Below, in pieces: positions 1-7,680 of a stretch of DNA of 37,805 nt. Below the pieces are notes generated by a model that saw only the letters and a program-made list of their open reading frames with translations, did not search any database and was not told where the DNA came from. The position numbers were made by a program, and so were the translations under genes. Position 1 is the stretch's first letter, and each line of letters starts with the position of its first letter. Source of the DNA: an uncultured Candidatus Saccharibacteria bacterium (GTDB taxonomy: Bacteria > Patescibacteriota > Minisyncoccia > Phycocordibacterales > UBA9973); contig CAYHYF010000001.1 in NCBI GenBank assembly GCA_964360745.1, positions 1 to 37,805 on the forward strand. Reading direction: 5' to 3'.

Positions 1-278
1 AAACCTAATTTTTCAACTATTTCATCAAAAATTAAATCTTTATCACCTTCTGTTACTCTTACAAATTCAAAAAATTTTCTTAAATTGGAACTTTCTATTT
101 GATTTTTTCTTTCTTTCAAATTAGCATTGGAGCTTGCGGATACAAGCGATGCTACAGCAAGCCTTAACCCCCTGTTTTTACAAAACATAACAACATCTTC
201 CGCCTCCGAAAAATCCTTCTTCGTCTCCGAATCAAAAAGAACCCTCCCCCAATCAAAAATTATTGCTTTAATTTGCAT
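1..278 (-). CDS. HAD-superfamily hydrolase/phosphatase, N-terminal part (gene runs off the window start)
   Basis: The minus-strand ATG at 278-276 translates to MQIKAIIFDWGRVLFDSETKKDF... IIFDxGxVL is the HAD motif-I region. There is no stop before position 1, so the ORF is absent from the track. The plus-strand ORF 127..315 is its antisense shadow. Confidence 0.5.
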   Translation of the reverse strand, partial: MQIKAIIFDWGRVLFDSETKKDFSEAEDVVMFCKNRGLRLAVASLVSASSNANLKERKNQIESSNLRKFFEFVRVTEGDKDLIFDEIVEKLG

Positions 279-333
279 AAAATTATTATACCAAAAATAC
301 ACATTATTCCACTAGGAAATTTAACAGTATATT

Positions 334-342
334 TGCTATAAT
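334..342 (+). promoter_or_regulatory. Extended -10 promoter (TGCTATAAT) 6 nt upstream of the ATG at 349; leaderless-type spacing
   Basis: TGCTATAAT read directly at 334-342, then ttcaat, then ATG. No Shine-Dalgarno sequence is possible in 6 nt. Confidence 0.5.
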
Positions 343-348
343 TTCAAT

Positions 349-705
349 ATGAAAAAAGAGCTAAACTTGGTAAAAAAATTTCATAAAAAATTCAACGTTC
401 CAGTATTAAAGAAACCTTCTCTTATACCAAAAGATAGGTCAGATCTGAGGTATAAATTGATGAATGAAGAAGTAAAGGAATATATAAGAGGTACAAAAAA
501 TAAAGATTTGGAAAATATTGCCAAAGAATTGGCTGATGTATTGTATGGGGTCTACGGAAGTATACTTGAGCATGGATTACAAAACAAAATGGAGAAAATA
601 TTCAAGGAAGTGCACCTCTCGCATATGAGCAAAGATTACCATCAATACAAAATGATAAAAGGAAAAAAATATTTTAAACCGAATTTAAAGAAGATTCTAG
701 ATTAA
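349..705 (+). CDS. MazG-like all-alpha nucleoside triphosphate pyrophosphohydrolase
   Basis: 118 aa. NEEVKEY and KELADVLY match the ExxE...ExxD metal-binding pattern of the MazG/HisE-like fold, and the size is typical of single-domain members. Confidence 0.6.
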   Translation: MKKELNLVKKFHKKFNVPVLKKPSLIPKDRSDLRYKLMNEEVKEYIRGTKNKDLENIAKELADVLYGVYGSILEHGLQNKMEKIFKEVHLSHMSKDYHQYKMIKGKKYFKPNLKKILD

Positions 706-710
706 TAAGT

Positions 711-733
711 GTAGCAAGAACAGTCCTTGCTAC
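711..733. terminator. Hairpin between convergent genes (GTAGCAAG-7nt-CTTGCTAC)
   Basis: Perfect 8-bp inverted repeat read directly. It lies between the stop at 705 and the stop at 748. Confidence 0.45.
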
Positions 734-747
734 TTTCCAACATTTTA

Positions 748-1503
748 TTAATAAAGTAGGGTTGAAATAAAACCAATATCATCGATTTCATCTCCTTGTT
801 TATATGTACCATTAAGAAAATTTAAAGATTCTTTGATTTCTTTTTGAGCTATTAATTTTTCTGCATCACTTAAATTTTGAGATAATGGTTGTTGTATAAT
901 TTCTCTAATATATTTTTCAGCTTCATTTATTTTAAATGGCATATGTCGAACTAACCATTTCACATTATGCAATAATGCAACATCACCTTTATTTATATAT
1001 AAATCAGTATCTACTAAATAAATTTTAGGTTCCACATCACCTTTCTTTTTCCCATAAACATATTGTGAGGTCGCATTTATATCAGCAAGATGGGCTTCTT
1101 TTGTATTAAATTTATCAAAATAATATTTAGATATGGAAGTATATAAATCTTCGATTTTCTTTATTAATTCTGGCGTTCGTTCTATCTTGTCTAAACTTTC
1201 TCCTTCAATTTTATCAGTAATGCAATAAACAACATCTTCTTCTTTTTCATTTTTGCCAACAACAAATTCCACTGGGGTTGGAATATTATAATTTGTTTCT
1301 ATTTCATTAAATAATTTTTTCGCTAATTCTACAACAAATTTAGGGTCAGTATTATTACCATATGTTTCTTTTATATTATTAAAACTTTGAATTCTTATAA
1401 TTTTACTTGGATCATTTTTTAACTCATAAAACCCATTAATATTACTTGCAATTAATTTTGAAGGGTTTACATTATTATCTTGTTTAGACAATTTTTCAGT
1501 CAT
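748..1503 (-). CDS. Hypothetical protein, possibly protein-kinase-like / phosphotransferase fold
   Basis: 251 aa. ITDKIEGESL (hinge-like), HLADINATSQ (catalytic-loop-like D..N) and IYLVDTDLY (DFG-position Asp) are arranged as in APH/Kdo/RIO-like kinases. The match is weak and made by eye only. Confidence 0.35.
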   Translation of the reverse strand: MTEKLSKQDNNVNPSKLIASNINGFYELKNDPSKIIRIQSFNNIKETYGNNTDPKFVVELAKKLFNEIETNYNIPTPVEFVVGKNEKEEDVVYCITDKIEGESLDKIERTPELIKKIEDLYTSISKYYFDKFNTKEAHLADINATSQYVYGKKKGDVEPKIYLVDTDLYINKGDVALLHNVKWLVRHMPFKINEAEKYIREIIQQPLSQNLSDAEKLIAQKEIKESLNFLNGTYKQGDEIDDIGFISTLLY

Positions 1504-1520
1504 ATACTCATTATACCAAA

Positions 1521-2117
1521 TTAATCATACCTTGGTTTTTGTTCGGTGATGTTGGCGAGGTGGTTTGAGGCGCGGGCGAAGGCGTAGAGGACGGAGGAAA
1601 GGCGGTTTAGGTAGGCAAGGGTGAAAGGAGCGACAGGGGTGGATTGTCCCCCTCCTTGGGAAGGAGGGGGTAGGGGGTGGTGATTCTCTTCACTCACTCC
1701 TACAACCCTTCTCTCGGCACGACGAGCGATGGTACGAGCAATGTCGCAAAGGGATGCAAGCTCGCATCCACCAGAGACGAAAAAGGTTTTGATTGGGGGT
1801 AGAATTTTCTCTATATCGTTTATTATATTTTCTAGCCATTTTACTTTTTCCGATGTGATTTTTTTATCTGCTCCGGCTGTTTCGGCTTGTATGATAAATA
1901 AATCTTGCTGAATACGATCAATAGTATCGGAAAGTACAATATCCCCCATTTCAAGTTTGAAAATAATATCTTTGGATTTTACTTTTACCAATCCAAGAAA
2001 AGAATTAATTTCATCAAGGGAACCCAAAGCCTCGGCAATAGCGGAAGACTTTGAGATACGCTGATCGCAACCAAATGTCTTCGTGGTGCCATTGTCCCCT
2101 TTTCCAGTGTATAACAT
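1521..2117 (-). CDS. pduO: ATP:cob(I)alamin adenosyltransferase, PduO type
   Basis: N-terminus MLYTGKGDNGTT and C-terminal ARRAERR...YLNRLS are hallmark PduO/MMAB motifs. An extra Pro/Gly-rich segment (HHPLPPPSQGGGQSTP) lies between the last two helices. Confidence 0.85.
   Translation of the reverse strand: MLYTGKGDNGTTKTFGCDQRISKSSAIAEALGSLDEINSFLGLVKVKSKDIIFKLEMGDIVLSDTIDRIQQDLFIIQAETAGADKKITSEKVKWLENIINDIEKILPPIKTFFVSGGCELASLCDIARTIARRAERRVVGVSEENHHPLPPPSQGGGQSTPVAPFTLAYLNRLSSVLYAFARASNHLANITEQKPRYD
1636..1680. repeat. GC-rich palindrome CCCCCTCCTT-GGG-AAGGAGGGGG flanked by direct repeats GGGGTGG, in frame inside pduO
   Basis: Read directly: GGGGTGG at 1636-1642 and 1674-1680; 10-bp perfect inverted repeat at 1648-1657 / 1661-1670. 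Confidence 0.7.
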
Positions 2118-2194
2118 CCCGATACTAAAATTTTAATTAATAATTTTTATTATTATGCCACGTAACCAAAATTTAGTACGGGACAGGTATATTT

Positions 2195-4462
2195 TTAGAT
2201 TTCACAAACTCCTGAAACACAAGCAAATTCTTTTGCTCCAACTGTATTGTCCACATCTTCATAGCGTGTAAGCATTGCAAAATCAACCTTTTTTAGAAAT
2301 GACATTCGTCTTTCGTATTCTTGCTTTGTGATTTCTTCGTATGGAGCGAGCTGATACACGTGATTTGATCGAGGTAAAAATGATAGTCCGCCCACTACAT
2401 CCCAATTTTCATAAATAAAGTTTCCGACATTGAGCCATTCATCTTCTCCCACATATATAGTGGCCGATGGATTGTGCTCCACAAAATGCTCTTTGAGTCT
2501 TTTCCATTCATGTAAAAGATCGAGTGCTGATACATCATCTTTAAATACAGAACCGTCTGGTGCTTTGATTGGAAATTCAAATACATATGTAGTGGCATCA
2601 TCTTTTGATTGACCGACTTCTGGAAAACATGGCACACCTTGATCACGCATCATTTGAAGTAATGGATCAGTGTGAGAAATTCTTACTCGGCGAATAAAGT
2701 ATGGAGAATACCATGGATGCATTCCTGAGCCCACACCGAGCAATTGTCCAGAATTTCCATGAGGCTTCACGCAAGTGATAGCGGTGGATTCATTTACACC
2801 AAAACGTTTTGCATATTTTTTATTTGTAGCTATTGCCGTCTTGCGAAGATCGTCGAGGACTTTGTCATTGCGGATGACAGTATTGTCGTAATACCCAGTG
2901 ATAGACACGCCAAGCAATCTTTCTTCTTCGCAATTTTTCTTCCATCCTTTTGAAAGATATTTAAAATTTGTAAGAGTGGATTGATAAGTACCGAGTATCG
3001 TGGCAAGCTCCACTTTTCTATTTAATGATTCTTCTGTATCTTCAGGGCGGACGACGATACTCGTGAGATTACAAAATTGTTTTGACCGTAGATAAATTTC
3101 TCCACAAGGGTTTAGACCAATTTGACTTTCATTTTTAATAGCTTCCCATCTTCTTTTTGGTAATTGTTTTTCCAATCCTCCACGATTGAAAATCCCTCTT
3201 TCTCCAGAATTTGATTTTATGAGAGCAAGCCATTCACGAAGAAAGTCTTCAGCACTTGGCTTTTCATGATAGACGGTGGAATTGTTTGCCATTGAGCGCT
3301 GACCTTCAGTGAGATAAAACTGGCCCGATTTTGCATTGCGCATATCCGTATCGTCAAGATCTGAAAGCGAAATAAGAGCACTGCGTCGCACACCACCTGC
3401 CACCACTATCAATCCAATCTGACAAATGATGTCGTGTAGATCGATATTTGTAAGACGCTTGCCTTGTCTTGAAAGCATTTTTCTTTTTGAGAAATTCACA
3501 AGATCCACAAGTGGCTGTGGACCTGAAGCTCTTCCCCCCGCAGTCTTTAGTCTTGCACCTGCCGGACGAAGCATTGAATAATCAAGCTCAATGTCTTTAC
3601 CTTCACTCCATGTATTCATCGCAAGCACAAATGCATCCGCCCAACCTTCTTTACTATCCACCACGACATGCACAGGAAGCTTTACGCCAGTCTGACGTTT
3701 TATCTGAGGAAATTGCTGGACGTTTTCAGATTCTGCAGCAAAACCGAGGCCTGAGCCACACATAAGTATGTACATAATCTCTCCTAGATCTTGAAAGCAA
3801 GTAGGTGCGATATATGAGCAATTGTATGCCCATACATTAGACTCACGAGCAGCTTTACCTGAAGACCAAAGCAATCTCATAGATGGGCATACATCTTGCC
3901 TCAGTATTCCTTCGCGAAGCATAGCGTACTCTTTTTCTGTCACCTTATCCTGAAGATTTTCACGCATAAAGTCCATAAATCGATCGATAGCCTCAATCCA
4001 TGTCTCACGACGGCCCAATTCTGGAATCCATCTTGAGTACATCTGGTAGAAAATATATTCTGCATATGATGTCTTGAAATAAGTGCTACTTTCATCTACC
4101 AACTTTCTCACATATTCTGAAATCGGTTTTTGATAGGCACGAGCTTCAGCACGGTTTTTACGATAGAGGATATATGCTTTTGCTGTCTGAGGAAAAGATT
4201 GACTCATAAGCTCTCTCTCCACCAAATCTTGTATCAATTCTACACTTGGTAAATATTTTTTATCACGACTAGCTTTGGCAAGAGCAATGAGCTCTTTGGA
4301 TACACTCATCGCTACCTTTTTTGCATCTTTTGTAGTACCCTCTTTTGTGCTCTCAAAAGCTTTTGCAATTGCATTTTCCACTCTTGCAAGATCAAATGGT
4401 GAGATAGTCCCGTCACGCTTTCGAATTTCTTTTATTTTTATTTGTGTATTTTTTGTAGTCAT
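2195..4462 (-). CDS. nrdJ: Ribonucleoside-triphosphate/diphosphate reductase, class II (adenosylcobalamin-dependent), with N-terminal ATP-cone
   Basis: 755 aa. The ATP-cone start is IRKRDGTISPFDLARVENAI. The active-site loop is LNPCGEI. The C-terminal redox pair is CVSGVCEI. Overall length and motif order fit NrdJ. Confidence 0.9.
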   Translation of the reverse strand: MTTKNTQIKIKEIRKRDGTISPFDLARVENAIAKAFESTKEGTTKDAKKVAMSVSKELIALAKASRDKKYLPSVELIQDLVERELMSQSFPQTAKAYILYRKNRAEARAYQKPISEYVRKLVDESSTYFKTSYAEYIFYQMYSRWIPELGRRETWIEAIDRFMDFMRENLQDKVTEKEYAMLREGILRQDVCPSMRLLWSSGKAARESNVWAYNCSYIAPTCFQDLGEIMYILMCGSGLGFAAESENVQQFPQIKRQTGVKLPVHVVVDSKEGWADAFVLAMNTWSEGKDIELDYSMLRPAGARLKTAGGRASGPQPLVDLVNFSKRKMLSRQGKRLTNIDLHDIICQIGLIVVAGGVRRSALISLSDLDDTDMRNAKSGQFYLTEGQRSMANNSTVYHEKPSAEDFLREWLALIKSNSGERGIFNRGGLEKQLPKRRWEAIKNESQIGLNPCGEIYLRSKQFCNLTSIVVRPEDTEESLNRKVELATILGTYQSTLTNFKYLSKGWKKNCEEERLLGVSITGYYDNTVIRNDKVLDDLRKTAIATNKKYAKRFGVNESTAITCVKPHGNSGQLLGVGSGMHPWYSPYFIRRVRISHTDPLLQMMRDQGVPCFPEVGQSKDDATTYVFEFPIKAPDGSVFKDDVSALDLLHEWKRLKEHFVEHNPSATIYVGEDEWLNVGNFIYENWDVVGGLSFLPRSNHVYQLAPYEEITKQEYERRMSFLKKVDFAMLTRYEDVDNTVGAKEFACVSGVCEI

Positions 4463-4998
4463 GAGATGTATTTAGGATTTAGTTTAGTAATGGTGTGTAT
4501 CTTTTTTTTCTTATTCAAAGCATAATCAATGAGTGGTGAGAGAAGTAAGGCAAATGCTATATTGCCGGCCAGATGAAGTAATGTAAAAGGTATCTGCCCC
4601 ATCAAAGCTTGGATGATTGGTTGGTTGAAAAAAACCGGACCGACAGTCAATCCAGTGACTATGTCGTATAAAATAGTTCCCATTACTGCAAATTTCACAT
4701 AATTTAAAGAAGTGTTTTTTCTATTTTTAAAATAAATACTTGCCCAAAGCCCCAAAAATCCATAAGCAAAAGCCGTCACAAATGTCCATTCACCGACTTT
4801 CATAGTGATGATATCAAAAAGTACAATACTTAAGAATCCAAAGAAAAACCCAACGACTTTTCCATAATTTTTAGCAAAAGGCATTTGGGTTGCAAGGATT
4901 GGCTCAATATTTGGAGCACGAAACGGAATAAGACGAACGAGCAGACATGCTGTAAAACCGATAATATATTTTAGCCAATTGTTGTTTTGAATTTTCAT
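4459..4998 (-). CDS. Small polytopic membrane protein, ECF-S-component/DUF6580-like; candidate vitamin (cobalamin?) uptake protein
   Basis: 179 aa with about 5-6 hydrophobic helices. The N-terminal RLIPFRAPNIEP resembles the RLxPHxPNFTP signature I recall for DUF6580-type putative transporters. Its stop overlaps the nrdJ start (ATGA at 4459-4462). Confidence 0.45.
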   Translation of the reverse strand: MKIQNNNWLKYIIGFTACLLVRLIPFRAPNIEPILATQMPFAKNYGKVVGFFFGFLSIVLFDIITMKVGEWTFVTAFAYGFLGLWASIYFKNRKNTSLNYVKFAVMGTILYDIVTGLTVGPVFFNQPIIQALMGQIPFTLLHLAGNIAFALLLSPLIDYALNKKKKIHTITKLNPKYIS

Positions 4999-5149
4999 AA
5001 TTTTGGGGTCATTTAAACCGCTTGATGATAATGCAAGCGGTAAATGTCAATCCTACAAATTGCATAATCTCGCAACTGTCAGACTATTATATTCTTATTT
5101 TTCTCTAATGTAAAATTGGGGATAACTTACCAAAAATAAGGCTAAAATT

Positions 5150-5188
5150 GGCATTAAAAAAACAGGATGAGCCTGTTTTTTTAATGCC
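5150..5188 (-). terminator. Intrinsic terminator hairpin after ORF 5207..5683
   Basis: GGCATTAAAAAAACAGG-atgag-CCTGTTTTTTTAATGCC: a 17-bp perfect stem, 19 nt downstream of the stop. Confidence 0.7.
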
Positions 5189-5206
5189 AACAAATACAAC
5201 TTTATA

Positions 5207-5683
5207 TTACTCGTATTTTTTACTTAAAATACAAAAAATTGATCCAGTCCAAATTGAAATAAGACCCAAAAATACCATAAATCCAGAAAATACGTATGTG
5301 ACGATACCAAGATTTAATGCTGTTGTGAGCGTGGTGGCTGTGACCCACATATTGCGAGCATCATTTGGCACCATGACTTCTTTTCCTTCAGCATCTAAGA
5401 TGGGTTTACCAGCAGAATCAAGTTTGACAATTTGGCGTGGCATTTCTGCATAAGTTTTGCCACCAGTCGTATTTAATGTATGAAATCTTATTATATCACC
5501 TTGAGATTTCAGGGTCATTGGGCCACGTACGGCTTTATTTGGAATACTAGCATCCTCTGGTGTGATGATATTTTCTCGTGCCACATTTTTATAAGTAAAA
5601 CAAATCCCCCACAATCCTCCCACAACAAATACAATACCCGCTACAATCGCCAAAACAGATGAAACCTTGAGCATTTTTTTCAT
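5207..5683 (-). CDS. Hypothetical membrane protein (N- and C-terminal TM segments, extracytoplasmic middle)
   Basis: TM segment SSVLAIVAGIVFVVGGLWGI at the N-terminus and IVTYVFSGFMVFLGLISIWTGSIF at the C-terminus. No family recognised. Confidence 0.6.
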   Translation of the reverse strand: MKKMLKVSSVLAIVAGIVFVVGGLWGICFTYKNVARENIITPEDASIPNKAVRGPMTLKSQGDIIRFHTLNTTGGKTYAEMPRQIVKLDSAGKPILDAEGKEVMVPNDARNMWVTATTLTTALNLGIVTYVFSGFMVFLGLISIWTGSIFCILSKKYE

Positions 5684-5761
5684 ATATTTAAAAAATTATT
5701 TTATTAATAAGCTTTACTAATAGGTATATTATACTCCCGCTAAAAAATAAAAGCAAAAAAT

Positions 5762-7438
5762 TTATTTTATGTCTATGATTCTTAATCGTAGCTCGGTCTT
5801 GCCGAGATATGTGTTTAATTCAAAGACAGCGGTGAGATTTATCTTCTCGCCTGCTGTGAGTGAGCGACTAAAACTACCACGTGTTTTGAAAAAAGCTATA
5901 GCTTTAATTTTTTTTACATTACTATTTAAAAATATAATTTCTAAATGATTTTTGTCTTTCCCAAATTCTTTTATTTCACTTATCGGTAAATCTTCAAATA
6001 AAAATATGGGTTTTGGATTTCCCACACCAAATGGTGCAAGCTTCTCGATGACTTTATAATTTTCCATATTCATATCGTCAATACTTATACTTATTTCGGC
6101 CACACTATCTATATGAGTATCATCCGAAAAAGAAAAGTTTTCATAAACAGAAATAATTCTTTCTTCTAAAAAATGAATCTCTTCATTGTGTACAGAAAAT
6201 CCTCCAGCTAAAACATGCCCACCAAAATCAATTAGACTATTTTCCGGCAATGAAGTCATAATCTCTACTAAATTTATACTACCAAAACTTCGACAAGATC
6301 CTTTTATCACCTCACCTTCGCCTCGGCCCCACACAAATGCTGGCTTTTTATATTCATCCACTATTTTTGAAGCCACGATTCCAAGCACTCCGGGCCTCCA
6401 ATCGGGATTGCCGATCACAATTACTTTTTTATCATCTTTTTTTGATAAAATTTTATTTACATTTTTCATTATACCTGCGACCAAATACTTTCTCTCATCG
6501 TTTAATTTTATAAGGTGATCTGCTAAAGAACCAGCTTTTGCAATGTCGCTCTCGGCAAGCAATTCAAAAGCCTGCATTGGCGAACCCATACGCGATGCTG
6601 CATTTATCTTTGGAGCCAAAGTAAAAGCAATATCGTCTTCAGTAATTTTGGTCGCATCTACTTTTAGGTTTTTAAAAAACTGTGCAAGACCTACCCTTTT
6701 ATTTTTCCTTAAAACTTTCAAACCATAATAAGCAAAAATTCTGTTTTCATCGAGAAGTGGCACTTGATCGGAAAGTGTGGCAATACCGGCCATGTCGAGC
6801 AACCATTTTTCCCAACCTTCATTTATTTTAAAATATTCTCCATATTTTTTTACCATTCCTTGCACGAGCTTGAAAGCAAGCCCCGCTCCGCACAACATCT
6901 TGTCTGTATAATTACATCCTGCTTGTTTTGGATTAATTATCGCATACGCCTTTGGTAAATTTTGAGTGAGCTTGCCCTGAGCTTGTCGAAGGGGTAAGTG
7001 ATGATCAGTAATAATCACATCGAGGCCATTTGCAGTAGCATAAGCCACTTCATCGACAGCTGTGATCCCTAAATCAAAAGTAATGAGAAGTTTAAAATCA
7101 TTTTCCACAAATTCTTTTATGGCATCCATATGCAAACCATAACCTTCATCGTGGCGATCGGGAATATATACTAAATAATTTTCATAATTTATTTTCTTAA
7201 GAAAGTCGGTCATTATCACTGCCGACGGAATTCCATCGCAATCATAATCGCTGTAAATCACAATTTTTTCTTTAGCCTCTATCGCCTCAAATATCCGCAC
7301 GCAAGCACGCTCCATATCTTTGAGCAAATACGGGTCGTAGCAATCTTCATATTTAGGATTTAAAAATTTATCCCAATCCTTCTCGTCTATTCCCCTATTC
7401 TTCAACAACAATTCCAACAATTCCGTATGATTTGGCAT
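5762..7438 (-). CDS. recJ: Single-stranded-DNA-specific exonuclease RecJ (DHH/DHHA1 family)
   Basis: Motifs YSDYDCDGI, ITDHH and GGHVLAGG (DHHA1 GGGH-like) occur in the canonical order. 558 aa. Confidence 0.9.
   Translation of the reverse strand: MPNHTELLELLLKNRGIDEKDWDKFLNPKYEDCYDPYLLKDMERACVRIFEAIEAKEKIVIYSDYDCDGIPSAVIMTDFLKKINYENYLVYIPDRHDEGYGLHMDAIKEFVENDFKLLITFDLGITAVDEVAYATANGLDVIITDHHLPLRQAQGKLTQNLPKAYAIINPKQAGCNYTDKMLCGAGLAFKLVQGMVKKYGEYFKINEGWEKWLLDMAGIATLSDQVPLLDENRIFAYYGLKVLRKNKRVGLAQFFKNLKVDATKITEDDIAFTLAPKINAASRMGSPMQAFELLAESDIAKAGSLADHLIKLNDERKYLVAGIMKNVNKILSKKDDKKVIVIGNPDWRPGVLGIVASKIVDEYKKPAFVWGRGEGEVIKGSCRSFGSINLVEIMTSLPENSLIDFGGHVLAGGFSVHNEEIHFLEERIISVYENFSFSDDTHIDSVAEISISIDDMNMENYKVIEKLAPFGVGNPKPIFLFEDLPISEIKEFGKDKNHLEIIFLNSNVKKIKAIAFFKTRGSFSRSLTAGEKINLTAVFELNTYLGKTELRLRIIDIK
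6968..6991. repeat. GC-rich patch with tandem GAGCTTG, in frame inside recJ (encodes LRQAQGKL)
   Basis: gagcttgccctgagcttgtcgaag read directly. It lies between the DHH motif and the conserved LPKAYAIINP segment, where RecJ homologues have a short variable loop. Confidence 0.5.
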
Positions 7439-7444
7439 AAAAAG

Positions 7445-7453
7445 ATTGTAGCA
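7445..7453 (-). promoter_or_regulatory. Extended -10 promoter (TGCTACAAT on minus strand) 6 nt upstream of the recJ ATG
   Basis: Plus-strand attgtagca at 7445-7453. The spacer is 7439-7444 and the ATG is at 7438. Confidence 0.5.
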
Positions 7454-7626
7454 TAAAACTATCTATTGACATCTATTACACTAAACTAAAAAATTATAGT
7501 AGTATCTTTTGTAATTACTTTTTCTCTTTGTTTCATGTAGGAATTTTACTTCGGAGCTTTGATGCTAGTAGGCATATTTGTGTTAGGTAAAACCTAACGC
7601 ACAAAATAAAATCATTATTAAATAAT

Positions 7627-7663
7627 AAAAAAAGCTCATGCATTAGCAAAAGAGCTTTTTTTT
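7627..7663 (-). terminator. Intrinsic terminator after ORF 7681..8451
   Basis: AAAAAAAGCTC ... GAGCTTTTTTT inverted repeat with A/T runs on both sides. Confidence 0.6.
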
Positions 7664-7680
7664 ATTATTCTTGATTAGTC

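Noticed and set aside
127-315. Track ORFs lying antisense to, or out of frame within, well-supported genes. Examples: 127..315, 1729..1911, 2395..2646, 2430..2612, 2744..2953, 3469..3765, 4275..4475, 5148..5453, 6186..6518, 10703..11011, 12050..12352, 14255..14509, 16915..17163, 19373..19606, 21680..22138, 22273..22620, 23300..23872, 25001..25753, 26637..27302, 28557..29500, 31976..32685, 35251..35921, 36114..36759.
   Set aside because: Each overlaps a longer ORF with clear family motifs or a signal peptide. Their products are low-complexity or composition-driven, and several start with TTG or GTG. They are most simply shadow ORFs.
2195-4462. Intein or large insertion in NrdJ.
   Set aside because: The length (755 aa including the ATP-cone) and the uninterrupted order of conserved motifs fit an intact class II RNR. 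No Cys/Ser...HN splice-junction block was seen.
4999-5149. Possible cobalamin riboswitch upstream of the membrane-protein/nrdJ/pduO operon. The untranslated region is about 150 nt and contains the hairpin ACCGCTTG-9nt-CAAGCGGT.
   Set aside because: I could not find the B12-box core (GCCACUG-like) or the conserved GGUG...AAUCC-type elements on the minus strand. An Infernal scan with the Rfam cobalamin models is the decisive test.
7454-7626. Possible small RNA in the 240-nt recJ upstream intergenic region. It has a TTGACA-like hexamer at about 7467-7472, the hairpin GTTAGGT-aaa-ACCTAAC, and the terminator at 7627-7663.
   Set aside because: The -35/-10 spacing is poor on the plus strand. The terminator is better explained as the end of ORF 7681..8451 on the minus strand. 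I see no recognisable ncRNA family.
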